Below are positions 17,680-26,160 of a DNA stretch of 49,037 bases, piece by piece (position 1 is the stretch's first letter; each line of letters begins with the position of its first letter). Under the pieces are notes generated by a model. It saw only the letters and a list, made by a program, of their open reading frames with translations, was not told where the DNA came from and searched no databases. The DNA comes from Christensenellales bacterium. GTDB lineage: Bacteria; Bacillota; Clostridia; Christensenellales; UBA1750. A program made the translations under genes and the position numbers. Where the stretch lies: assembly GCA_050309705.1 (NCBI GenBank), contig JBNRMR010000107.1, positions 1 to 49,037 of the forward strand. The letters run 5' to 3'.

Positions 17680-18719
17680 ATTTCCTCCTCGTCTGGAAGC
17701 AGAACGACCTTATAAAGACCTGCTTCGCGGTTGTACAACCGCTGTATCCATTCGTTCCCCTGAGAAAGAGGAACGGCCTTTGAAATCAGCCGGTCCACAT
17801 CCACCTTTCCCTCGGCTATAAGGCTAAGGCACTGCGGATATTCGCCTGCGGAGGCGCATGAGCCGAAGAGGGAGAGCTGCTTTGTTACAACCTGCTGTAG
17901 CGGGATTGTAACATTAGGCTGAATGTTGCCCACAAGCACGCATTCACCGCCTTTGCGCAGAGATAAAATGGCGTCCATCACCGAGGCAGCGATTCCAACG
18001 GCGTCGATTGTAAGGGCCGCACCTTCGCCGTCCGTAAGTGCCGACACTGCATCGGCCAGGCTTTCAAGCGATGAATTCACCCGGTGCTCAAACCCCAAAG
18101 AGGCGGCCAGCGCAAGCTTTTCCTCGGCGATATCGGAGACAATCACCGGAGAAAAACCATTTGCCCGCAGCAACTGAGCAGCCATCAGGCCGATTGTGCC
18201 GCAGCCCACCACCACTGCTGCCCCGGAAGTGACCCGTGACAGTGAAACAGCGTGGCATGCCACCGCCAGGGGCTCAATCATGGCTGCCTGCTGGAAAGTG
18301 ACATTGTCCGGCAGTTTGTAGATAACGCGGGCGGGAATGGCTGCATATTCCGCGAAGGCGCCATGCATGCGGTATTCTTCGCAGGAGACGCCCAGAACCC
18401 GCCGGCTGCCGCAAAGGTTGACTTCCCCCCGTCCGCAATGCTCGCATTCTCCGCAGTAGATGGTCGAATCGAAGGTGACGCGCTCGCCCACTGCCAGGTC
18501 ATGCACACCGGCTCCCACCTGCGTGATTATGCCCGCCGCCTCATGGCCCATTATGATGGGCGGCCTGCGGCGGCCGGTGCTGCCGTCCATGCCGTGCACG
18601 TCGCTCCCGCAGACTGCGCAGGCCATGATTCTCACCAACACGTCCCCCTCGCCGATTTCGGGTATCGGCACTTCTTTATGCGTGAATCTGCCATACTCCT
18701 CAAGCACAAGAGCTTTCAT
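17676..18719 (-). CDS. Zinc-dependent alcohol/polyol dehydrogenase (MDR family, sorbitol/threonine-dehydrogenase-like)
   Basis: Catalytic zinc site CAVCGSDVH...GHE. Structural zinc site CGECEHCGRGEVNLC. Rossmann VVGCGTIGL. Confidence 0.85.
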   Translation of the reverse strand: MKALVLEEYGRFTHKEVPIPEIGEGDVLVRIMACAVCGSDVHGMDGSTGRRRPPIIMGHEAAGIITQVGAGVHDLAVGERVTFDSTIYCGECEHCGRGEVNLCGSRRVLGVSCEEYRMHGAFAEYAAIPARVIYKLPDNVTFQQAAMIEPLAVACHAVSLSRVTSGAAVVVGCGTIGLMAAQLLRANGFSPVIVSDIAEEKLALAASLGFEHRVNSSLESLADAVSALTDGEGAALTIDAVGIAASVMDAILSLRKGGECVLVGNIQPNVTIPLQQVVTKQLSLFGSCASAGEYPQCLSLIAEGKVDVDRLISKAVPLSQGNEWIQRLYNREAGLYKVVLLPDEEEI

Positions 18720-19011
18720 GAAATCAACTCCTTATTATTGATTATTAAGCGGTCCAGGCTTCCGATGCCTTTTCATTTCCCTATGCGGCTAAGTTTTGCA
18801 GGGCAATTCAGGGCAAAAAAGGCTAATATGCTATTGAGTGCCCTCTCGCGTTAAACCATTTTCAGATTGACCTGCCTGCATAGGATCACTATATCGTTTT
18901 TGGGCGGCCTTGTCCATATGAATACGGCGTGATAAGCATGCTTGCCGCAAAATGTTTGTGATGGCGCAAGGCGCAAGGCTCTGAGGCGAACCCCGAAATG
19001 AGGATTCCTTA

Positions 19012-19503
19012 TCAGGGCAGCTCGTCCAGATAAGGGATTCGTCTAAATCGTATGAAGGTCCCGCTTTCCTGCATGGCGATTATGTCCTCCTTGGAAGCCC
19101 ATTTTGCGCCGTCAGTTTCCCCGGGCTGAAGCACCACAGCGCCTAAGTCCACCTCCTGAAGAAAAAGCCAAACATCGACGATATAGCGGTGCTCTCTATT
19201 GAAGAAGCGCTTTATCATCTTGCCGTTTTCAGGCAACAACGAGACGCCCAACTCCTCGCGGGTTTCTCTAAGGGCTGCTTCCAGGCTGGAGTCTCCCTTT
19301 ATGGCGCTGCCACAGGTGGGTTCCCAGCGTCCGGCTTCCGGCTCCTTGAAGGGCGCGCGCCTGGAAATCAGATAGTCCCCCTTCGCGTTTTTGATCCAAA
19401 CATCCACGATCAAATGAAAATCACCCTCCTGAAGGGGCTGGCCACGCTCTATGGTGCGGCCCGTGGGGGCGCCGTTCTCATCGAAAATATCCCAAATTTC
19501 CAT
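19012..19503 (-). CDS. NUDIX hydrolase
   Basis: Nudix-box-like GSAIKGDSSLEAALRETREELGV. AGGAGG RBS. Confidence 0.8.
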   Translation of the reverse strand: MEIWDIFDENGAPTGRTIERGQPLQEGDFHLIVDVWIKNAKGDYLISRRAPFKEPEAGRWEPTCGSAIKGDSSLEAALRETREELGVSLLPENGKMIKRFFNREHRYIVDVWLFLQEVDLGAVVLQPGETDGAKWASKEDIIAMQESGTFIRFRRIPYLDELP

Positions 19504-19706
19504 TCTGAGTTCCTCCTGTAAGCAAAAGCGATGCCTTGCAAATTGCAGCTTCTTTGTTGGCAGTCTTCCCAGCGCGCCCGCAGGACAGCAGTTTTATTTG
19601 CATAGAGCAAGCTCATTATAACTAAGCTGAGCCGACTTTACCAGCCTTTAAGTTGCTATGAGCCGAAGATAGCCGCGCGAAAGCATGTATTTTTTGAATA
19701 AAGCTA

Positions 19707-19735
19707 TTGACAAAAGCATACCACAAGAGTAAACT
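19707..19735 (+). promoter_or_regulatory. Sigma-70-type promoter candidate for feoAB
   Basis: TTGACA (19707-19712), a 17-nt spacer, then TAAACT (19730-19735). Confidence 0.45.
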
Positions 19736-19749
19736 CTAGCTAAGTATGG

Positions 19750-19765
19750 GTTAGACGAATCTAAC
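19750..19765. promoter_or_regulatory. 6-4-6 inverted repeat, a candidate metalloregulator operator just downstream of the feo promoter
   Basis: GTTAGAcgaaTCTAAC. The TTAG/CTAA half-sites are reminiscent of DtxR/IdeR-type boxes rather than Fur boxes. Confidence 0.35.
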
Positions 19766-19799
19766 TAAATCTACAGACTATCTGCCTTAAGGGGGAGCT

Positions 19800-20021
19800 A
19801 TGAAAACATTGGGGGATGTGAAGGTCGGTCAGACTGTCAGGGTGGTAAAAGTTCATGGCGAAGGCGCTATTAGGCGCAGGATAATGGACATGGGAATCAC
19901 CAAGGGCGTGGAAGTTTTTATGCGCAAAACGGCGCCGTTGGGGGATCCATATGAGCTGAATGTGCGCGGCTATGAGCTTTCATTGAGGAAGGAAGACTGC
20001 AGGATAATCGAAGTTGAGTGA
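19800..20021 (+). CDS. feoA: Ferrous iron transport protein A (FeoA domain)
   Basis: 73 aa. The SH3-like FeoA pattern V..V.G.....RRIMDMGI.KG..V is present. It lies upstream of feoB. Confidence 0.85.
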   Translation: MKTLGDVKVGQTVRVVKVHGEGAIRRRIMDMGITKGVEVFMRKTAPLGDPYELNVRGYELSLRKEDCRIIEVE

Positions 20022-20101
20022 AAAGCACAGATGAATGGCCCGGAGTCGTAAAGATTGAATGACAGGGCCGACAAAGCAGACATGATTAGGGAGGACGAAA
20101 C

Positions 20102-22219
20102 GTGGCTACACATATAGCGCTTGCGGGAAACCCCAACAGCGGAAAGACGACAATGTTCAACGATCTCACCGGAAGCAACCAATATGTTGGGAACTGGCCG
20201 GGGGTGACTGTTGAAAAAAAGGAGGGCAATCTTAAGGGCCATAAGGCTGTGTTTGTTCAAGACCTGCCCGGCATTTACTCGCTGTCGCCCTACACGATGG
20301 AAGAGGTTATCGCAAGAAATTATCTTATAAACGACCGACCTGACGCCATCGTAAACATAGTGGACGCATCCAACATAGAAAGAAATCTATACCTTACCAC
20401 GCAGCTTTTGGAGCTGGGAATACCGGTGGTCATCGCGCTTAACATGATCGACGTGGTGCGAAAAAACGGCGATAAAGTCGATGTAGGCAAGCTTTCCGCA
20501 GAGCTGGGCTGCCCGGTGGTTGAAACCTCGGCGCTAAAGGGCGAAGGCTCGGAGAGGGTGGCCGAAATTGCCGCCCAATTGGCTCGGGCGGAAAAAAAGG
20601 GCGGGCCCAAGGCTGTGTTTGGCGGCCCAATTGAACATGCGATTGCCCATATCGAGGACAGGATCAAGAGGGCTGTTCCTGCGGAGCAGCTGCGCTGGTA
20701 CGCCATAAAGCTTTTCGAGCGCGATGAAAAGGCCAGGGAGCATCTGAGCCTTACAGAAAGCGATAGGGCTGAGATTGAGGGGATAATTAAGGAATGTGAG
20801 CTGGAGCATGACGATGACGCCGAAAGCATAATCACAAACGAGCGCTATGAGTATGTGACCGGCCTTGTGGCGCGCTGCGTCAAGCGCAGACCCCGAAGGA
20901 GCAATCTTTCCACCTCCGATCATATCGACAGGGTGTTGACCAACCGCTGGCTGGCCCTGCCGATTTTCGCCGCGATAATGGTGGGCGTTTACTACATCTC
21001 AGTCACAAGCGTGGGCGCATTGGTCACAGACTTCACCAACGACACTTTCTTTGGCGAGTGGATTATCCCCGGCGCTTCCGGTTTGCTTGAGAGCCTTGGC
21101 GTGGCTGACTGGATAGTGGGGCTTGTGGTGGACGGCATCATCGGCGGCGTGGGGGCTGTGCTGGGCTTTGTGCCGCAAATGGTCATACTCTTCATCCTCC
21201 TTGCCTTGCTGGAGGAATGCGGATACATGGCCAGAATCGCTTTTATAATGGATAGACTTTTCAGAAGATTCGGTCTTTCGGGCAAGTCATTCATACCGAT
21301 GCTGATATCAACCGGTTGCGGCGTTCCGGGGGTCATGGCCTCCAGGACCATCGAAAGCGAAAAGGAGCGCAGGATGACGGTTATGACCACCACGTTCATG
21401 CCCTGCAGCGCAAAGCTGCCGATAATCGCTCTGGTGGCAAGCGCCATAATGGGGGGCGCTTGGTGGGTTGGCCCCTCGGCCTACTTCATAGGAATCGCGG
21501 CGATAGTCATTTCCGGCATTGCGCTTAAAAAGACGAAGCTCTTTTCGGGCGATCCCTCACCCTTCGTGATGGAGCTTCCCGCCTACCATATGCCCCAGAT
21601 CAAATCCGTTGCCAGGAGCACCTGGGACAGAAGCTGGTCATTTATAAAGCGGGCGGGAACCGTCATACTGATTTCCAGTATCGCCATATGGCTCTTGTCC
21701 AGCCTTGGCATGGCAGACGGCTCCTTTGGTTTGGTGGAGGACATCGACCACAGTGTGCTGGCAGTGATCGGCGGCTGGGTGGCCCCGCTGTTTGCGCCCT
21801 TGGGCTTCGGCACATGGCAGGCAACGGTGGCGACGGTCATGGGCCTTATCGCCAAAGAGGAGGTCGTCGGCGTTCTGGGCGTTCTTTACGGGTCGGATAT
21901 GGGCTCGGCGTTCACGATGCTGGCGGGCTACTCATTCCTTTTGTTCAACCTTTTGTGCGCCCCCTGCTTTGCGGCAATAGGCGCCATAAAGAACGAAATG
22001 GCCAGCGCGAAGTGGACCACCTTTGCCATCTCCTACCAGATGGCCCTGGCCTACCTGGTGTCTTTCATGGTCTACCAGCTTGGGCTTCTGGCTGAAGGGA
22101 GCGCATTCACCGCGGGGACATTGGGCGCCATGGTCTGTCTTTTGGTGGCCGTGTATCTCGTCATCAGAAGGCCCAGGAATGGCGCTGCCTTTGTCAAGAG
22201 TGCGACCACCCGCATATGA
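20102..22219 (+). CDS. feoB: Ferrous iron transporter FeoB
   Basis: GTG start with GGGAGGA RBS. G-domain IALAGNPNSGKTTMFN..DLPGIYSL. Polytopic C-terminal permease. 705 aa. Confidence 0.95.
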   Translation: MATHIALAGNPNSGKTTMFNDLTGSNQYVGNWPGVTVEKKEGNLKGHKAVFVQDLPGIYSLSPYTMEEVIARNYLINDRPDAIVNIVDASNIERNLYLTTQLLELGIPVVIALNMIDVVRKNGDKVDVGKLSAELGCPVVETSALKGEGSERVAEIAAQLARAEKKGGPKAVFGGPIEHAIAHIEDRIKRAVPAEQLRWYAIKLFERDEKAREHLSLTESDRAEIEGIIKECELEHDDDAESIITNERYEYVTGLVARCVKRRPRRSNLSTSDHIDRVLTNRWLALPIFAAIMVGVYYISVTSVGALVTDFTNDTFFGEWIIPGASGLLESLGVADWIVGLVVDGIIGGVGAVLGFVPQMVILFILLALLEECGYMARIAFIMDRLFRRFGLSGKSFIPMLISTGCGVPGVMASRTIESEKERRMTVMTTTFMPCSAKLPIIALVASAIMGGAWWVGPSAYFIGIAAIVISGIALKKTKLFSGDPSPFVMELPAYHMPQIKSVARSTWDRSWSFIKRAGTVILISSIAIWLLSSLGMADGSFGLVEDIDHSVLAVIGGWVAPLFAPLGFGTWQATVATVMGLIAKEEVVGVLGVLYGSDMGSAFTMLAGYSFLLFNLLCAPCFAAIGAIKNEMASAKWTTFAISYQMALAYLVSFMVYQLGLLAEGSAFTAGTLGAMVCLLVAVYLVIRRPRNGAAFVKSATTRI

Positions 22220-22278
22220 TTAATCAGTATCTTAAAGAAATTTTTTAAGCTTTGCATATGACGCGAAAGGAGGATGGT

Positions 22279-22455
22279 ATGTTCGCATTCATTAAGGAAA
22301 ACATGCCCGACATAATAACGCTGGCTGTTTTGGCTGCAATAGTTCTGCTTGTCGTCCTTAAGATGGTTTCAGACAAGCGAAAGGGGAAAGCGGGTTGCGC
22401 TTGCGGGTGCTCGTCGTGCCCCCACAGCGATGCTTGCGGCCAGCCCAGGGAATGA
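22279..22455 (+). CDS. FeoB-associated Cys-rich small membrane protein
   Basis: MFAFIKENMPDIITLAVLAAIVLLVVL then GCACGCSSCPHSDACG. AAGGAGG RBS. The track ORF starts 9 codons earlier without an RBS. Confidence 0.65.
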   Translation: MFAFIKENMPDIITLAVLAAIVLLVVLKMVSDKRKGKAGCACGCSSCPHSDACGQPRE

Positions 22456-22484
22456 CGGACAGGATCCTCAAAAGGGGTGGCAAC

Positions 22485-22601
22485 ATGGACTATGGGATGC
22501 TGCTTACTGCCTTAATAGCAACGGCTTTGATGGCGGCGCTGCAGCTTCTTAAGCGCAAGCTTCTGGCGATAGCAAGGCAAATGGGTACAAATTCGAATTA
22601 G
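22485..22601 (+). CDS. Hypothetical 38-aa hydrophobic peptide at the end of the feo operon
   Basis: MDYGMLLTALIATALMAALQLLKRKLL... is preceded by AAGGGGTGG and followed immediately by a terminator hairpin. No homology was recognised. Confidence 0.25.
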   Translation: MDYGMLLTALIATALMAALQLLKRKLLAIARQMGTNSN

Positions 22602-22612
22602 CGCTTCATACA

Positions 22613-22650
22613 AAAAGCCCGCGCAGGAAGGCTCTTGCGCGGGCTTTGCA
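22613..22650. terminator. GC-rich stem-loop terminator (bidirectional)
   Basis: AAAGCCCGCGCA (22614-22625) pairs with TGCGCGGGCTTT (22636-22647). The U-tract is longer when read on the minus strand (TTTTTGT) than on the plus strand (TTTG). Confidence 0.6.
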
Positions 22651-22830
22651 TTGGTCAAATATTTTTGTGCCTGAGTGCCTTGGCTGAACTGTGCCAGCGT
22701 TCTATATGCTTCGAAGGAAGTTAAAGAGAAGACGAAAGAAGCGTTGCAAAGGATTGACTTTGCAGCAGTGAAGTGATGCCCCTGCTCCGGTTCGTTCAAG
22801 GGACTGCATGGCTGGCATGTGGGCAAGCAA

Positions 22831-22861
22831 ACAAAAGGCCCCCGAAAACCGCCTTCCGGGT
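22831..22861 (-). terminator. Candidate dnaX terminator
   Basis: The minus strand reads CCCGGAA-ggcggt-TTTCGGG (7 bp with one G.U), then GGCCTTTTGTTTG. It is imperfect. Confidence 0.4.
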
Positions 22862-22902
22862 AGCCTCAAAAAGAAATGAGCGATGTCGTTGCAATTGAAG
22901 GT

Positions 22903-24573
22903 TCATTCGTCGATTATCTCCACGATGTCTGCGCCAAATGCGCTTATGACGGCGCTCTCCAGCTTGGCTGCACCGTCTGTCGCCTTGGCGGATCTATTCG
23001 CCGGGGATGATGGGGCGCCCTGAGAGGAGGGTGGGCCCTCGCCGGAGGTTGGGCCCTCGCCGGAGGTGAAATCGACACGGACGGCTTTCCCCGTAACCTG
23101 TGAGAAAGCGGCTTCGATAGCGCTTTTGTTCTCCTCCTTTTGGCAGGGAATCATGTGAATGGCCTGGTCCTTGGGGAAGCTCAGCATGGCAGTGTCACCG
23201 CTGAAGCCTGTGAAGCCAGCCCTGTTCAACGAAACAAAAAGGCGGATCTTGTCCTTTTTAAGTATGGCCAGCACTTCCTTCCAGATGCTGCCAAGGGCTG
23301 CGTCCGGCTTGGAGGAAGCGTCCTTTTGAGAAGACTTTCCCTCCGCAACTTTTTCGTTTTGGGGCTTTGGGGGCTGTTTGCGCGCAGAAACTTTTGCTGA
23401 GCCATCAGCAGGAACGAAAGAGCCCTCGCTTATGGCCCTTTCAAGCCTCGCCATTCTCTCCGACAGGGCCTCGAAGGAGGTCTGGGTCTGGGGCATACAG
23501 ATTTTCACCACTGCCAGCTCCAGAAGAACCCGGGGCTGGGATGAAAGGCGAAGATCCCCCTCCATGGCGGACAAAAGCTCCATGGCCCTAAGAGAGCGCT
23601 GTGGGCCCATCTCCTCGGCCTGGGCTCGCAGCCTCTGGGCATCCTGGGCGGAGATGTCCAAAATGTCGGCGGTGTTATCGCCGCAGGTGGCGGCCATCAT
23701 CAGGTTTCGCATGTGATCTGAAAGCTCGCGCACAAAAACTGCGATCTCCCTACCGCTGAGCAAAAGCTCGTCTATGAGGACTATGCATCTTGCCACATCG
23801 CCCTGGGCGCAGGCGTCTGCAAACTCAAACATGAACTCGCGACCGGATGCGCCAAGGCAGGTTTTTATCACCTCGGTGGTCACATTGCCCCTGCCGGTTG
23901 AAATGCAAAGGTCAAGAAGGCTGAGTCCGTCGCGTATGGAGCCCTCTGCTGCCCTCGCCAGAAAGAGAAGGGCGTCCTCCTCGTATGTGGCCCCCACGGA
24001 CTCGCAGGCAAGCTTTAAGTGCCGGGCAATCCCCCCCACGGGGATGCGCCTGAAATCAAAGCGCTGGCACCTTGAAAGTATTGTTGCGGGAAGCTTTTGC
24101 GGCTCAGTGGTGGCCAAAATGAAGACCACATGGGCCGGAGGCTCCTCCAAAGTTTTCAAAAGAGCGTTGAAGGCATCCTGTGAAAGGGCGTGGACTTCGT
24201 CGATAATGTATATCTTGCGCCTGCCCATCTGCGGGGGATAGCTTACACCGTCGCGCAGGCTGCGGATGTCGTTTATACCACGGTTGGAAGCGGCGTCCAT
24301 TTCGATGATGTCCACGGTTGCGTCATCCCGGGAGGCAAGGCAGGCGGGGCATTTTTCGCAGGCATAGGCGTCTTTGGGCTGAAGGCAGGTGAGCACCCTG
24401 GCAAAAACCTTTGCGGTGCTGGTCTTTCCGGTGCCACGGGTGCCGCAAAAGAGATAAGCATGGCTGATCCTACCGGAAATCATCTGGTTTTTAAGGGTTT
24501 GAACGATGGCGTCCTGCTCCATTATCTCGTCGAATGTTTTTGGGCGGAGCTGCCTATATAATGCCTGAAACAA
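22903..24573 (-). CDS. dnaX: DNA polymerase III subunit gamma/tau
   Basis: TTG start with GGAGG RBS. AAA+ Walker A GTRGTGKTS. Zn module CEKCPACL. DEVH Walker B. SRC motif in LSRCQRF. Low-complexity C-terminus. Confidence 0.93.
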   Translation of the reverse strand: MFQALYRQLRPKTFDEIMEQDAIVQTLKNQMISGRISHAYLFCGTRGTGKTSTAKVFARVLTCLQPKDAYACEKCPACLASRDDATVDIIEMDAASNRGINDIRSLRDGVSYPPQMGRRKIYIIDEVHALSQDAFNALLKTLEEPPAHVVFILATTEPQKLPATILSRCQRFDFRRIPVGGIARHLKLACESVGATYEEDALLFLARAAEGSIRDGLSLLDLCISTGRGNVTTEVIKTCLGASGREFMFEFADACAQGDVARCIVLIDELLLSGREIAVFVRELSDHMRNLMMAATCGDNTADILDISAQDAQRLRAQAEEMGPQRSLRAMELLSAMEGDLRLSSQPRVLLELAVVKICMPQTQTSFEALSERMARLERAISEGSFVPADGSAKVSARKQPPKPQNEKVAEGKSSQKDASSKPDAALGSIWKEVLAILKKDKIRLFVSLNRAGFTGFSGDTAMLSFPKDQAIHMIPCQKEENKSAIEAAFSQVTGKAVRVDFTSGEGPTSGEGPPSSQGAPSSPANRSAKATDGAAKLESAVISAFGADIVEIIDE

Positions 24574-24588
24574 TTTATGCCTCCTTCG

Positions 24589-25737
24589 TTATTTGCCGAC
24601 CACTTTCCTGAACTTGCCGCTGCGCTTGTGGGGCGCAGGGGGCTGGCCGCTAAGGGCAATGCGGACGCCTTTTACGCCCATGCTATCAAGAAGGCCGTCA
24701 AGGGCGGCCATGGCCTTTTTATACAGCTCAATCCTCTCCTCATCAGGGCAGGACAGAGCAATTGCTAAAGTGTTTCCGTCGGTTTGCATGATCTGATATC
24801 TTTCAATTTTCTCCGGTTCTAGCAGATCCATTAAGGCGGAAAGCTCATGTGGGGCGATGGTTTTGCCGCCAAGGCGGATGAAATCGCTTTCTCTGCCCAG
24901 GAGGATAAAGCCTTCCCCATTGCCACAGCCGCAGACGGAAACGGCCTGCGCAATATCGCCGGTATAATAATCCAGCAGTGAAAGCGCTTTGTTAATTGGG
25001 GTTGAAAGGAGCAGTCGCCCGTCGTCGGAAACGATAAGATCGCCGCCGCCAAGGCTGTGGAAACTGCCATGGGCACATTTTGCCGCCAAAGCGCCCTCCG
25101 CGCTGATATAGACATTTCGCAGTGCGCAATTAAAGGTCCGGGCGATATATTCTTCCTCGCTTTGGGAGAGAAGTTCCCCCCAACTTATTATGAGGGCGGG
25201 AGATATTTTAAGCCGCCTTTCTTTGGCCTCCTTTGAAAGGCGCAAAAGAACCGAAGGATAGGCGATGAGGGCCGCTGGCAAAAGCTCGTTTAGATTTGCA
25301 ACCACCCTTCCCAAGGGCCTGTTGAGGCTGACGAGGCTCGTTTTTTTGCGGTTCCAGGGCAGCGAAAAGCGGGCGCTCAGCATCTGGGAGGGGAAATCAA
25401 AGCGCCCGGATGGGGCCAGCACGACCCAGTTGCCTTTGCTTTTTGTGAAGGCGGCCAATTCATCGCCGCCGAAAAGAGACATCAGCTCCACACAAAACCG
25501 CTTAGCCGATGACCTTTGGTGCAAAAAGGGAATGGGCTTGCCGTCTATGCCCCCCGAAAGGACAGGTATATGGCCGCGAAGAGTCATTCCAGCGTTCGCC
25601 CTTTCGCCGGTGTGATCGCTTATCTCCTTTGCGCTAAGCTTCAGCGCCGCCGCGATTGAGTCAAAGTTTTGCCTTAAGTCATCCTTGCCGGCGCAGGTTT
25701 TTGGGCCGGTTGAATGGCCGCTGTTCATTTCAGCCAA
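24589..25737 (-). CDS. Adenylate-forming enzyme family protein (PaaK / coenzyme F390 synthetase-like), divergent
   Basis: By-eye ANL/PaaK-like motifs: LSGGIDGKPIPF (degenerate P-loop), YYTGDIA, GRESDFIRLGGKTIAPHELS and a C-terminal SGKFRKV. TTG start with GGAGG RBS. Confidence 0.5.
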   Translation of the reverse strand: MAEMNSGHSTGPKTCAGKDDLRQNFDSIAAALKLSAKEISDHTGERANAGMTLRGHIPVLSGGIDGKPIPFLHQRSSAKRFCVELMSLFGGDELAAFTKSKGNWVVLAPSGRFDFPSQMLSARFSLPWNRKKTSLVSLNRPLGRVVANLNELLPAALIAYPSVLLRLSKEAKERRLKISPALIISWGELLSQSEEEYIARTFNCALRNVYISAEGALAAKCAHGSFHSLGGGDLIVSDDGRLLLSTPINKALSLLDYYTGDIAQAVSVCGCGNGEGFILLGRESDFIRLGGKTIAPHELSALMDLLEPEKIERYQIMQTDGNTLAIALSCPDEERIELYKKAMAALDGLLDSMGVKGVRIALSGQPPAPHKRSGKFRKVVGK

Positions 25738-25825
25738 GAGAAGTCCTCCGATCGGTTGCCTGTTTTCTTACACCTTCATTTTATCACAGCGAGGCGGCGC
25801 GGGCAATATACGGGCACGAGGTGTA

Positions 25826-25855
25826 TTGCTATAAGTCCCTATAATGTGGTATAAT
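25826..25855 (+). promoter_or_regulatory. Promoter candidate with extended -10 upstream of rubredoxin
   Basis: TTGCTA (25826-25831), an 18-nt spacer, then TGgTATAAT (25847-25855). Confidence 0.45.
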
Positions 25856-25977
25856 TTCCTTGCGCTTGAAGGCGGCAGCCTCAAGGTATAAATCCGAAAA
25901 GCTGCGAGCCGGACGAGGCGCTCCTTCGCATCAAGCGCCGAAAAGTGAGAAGAACCAATAACAAAGGAGGATAAAAC

Positions 25978-26112
25978 ATGAAAAGGTATGTGTGCCAGGT
26001 CTGCGGTTATGTCTACGACGAAGAAGAGCAGGGCGTGAAGTGGGAAGATGTTCCCGATGATTACACCTGCCCCCTTTGCGGCGTGGGCAAAGACATGTTC
26101 GAAGAAGAGTAA
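25978..26112 (+). CDS. Rubredoxin (44 aa, not in the ORF track)
   Basis: Own translation: [44 protein letters not shown]. It has the two CxxCG knuckles. AAAGGAGG RBS. Confidence 0.85.
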   Translation: MKRYVCQVCGYVYDEEEQGVKWEDVPDDYTCPLCGVGKDMFEEE

Positions 26113-26160
26113 GGCTTAAAGGAAAGACAAATAGGCGAAGAAAAGGAAAGGTATTCCGGA

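Noticed and set aside
22512-22826. A 104-aa minus-strand ORF between feo and dnaX.
   Set aside because: It has no RBS and runs through the 22613-22650 terminator hairpin and the tail of the feo operon. The sequence has no recognisable domain. I looked for ybaB/recR-like sequence, which usually follows dnaX, and did not see it.
23254-23261. A possible dnaX programmed -1 frameshift site (minus strand CTT AAA AAG GAC).
   Set aside because: The heptamer is U AAA AAG, not the A AAA AAG slippery site used in E. coli. I saw no downstream stem-loop and no upstream SD-like element.
25856-25977. An FMN (RFN) riboswitch upstream of the RibU-type S component.
   Set aside because: I could not find the conserved RFN blocks (e.g. 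GGGCAGGGTGAAATTCCC...CCGGCGGT). An Infernal scan is needed for certainty.
24574-25977. SRP RNA (ffs/scRNA), which often precedes dnaX in Firmicutes.
   Set aside because: The position is occupied by a protein gene. I saw no domain IV-like GGAAGCAGCC/AGGUCCGGAAGG motif here or in 22651-22830.
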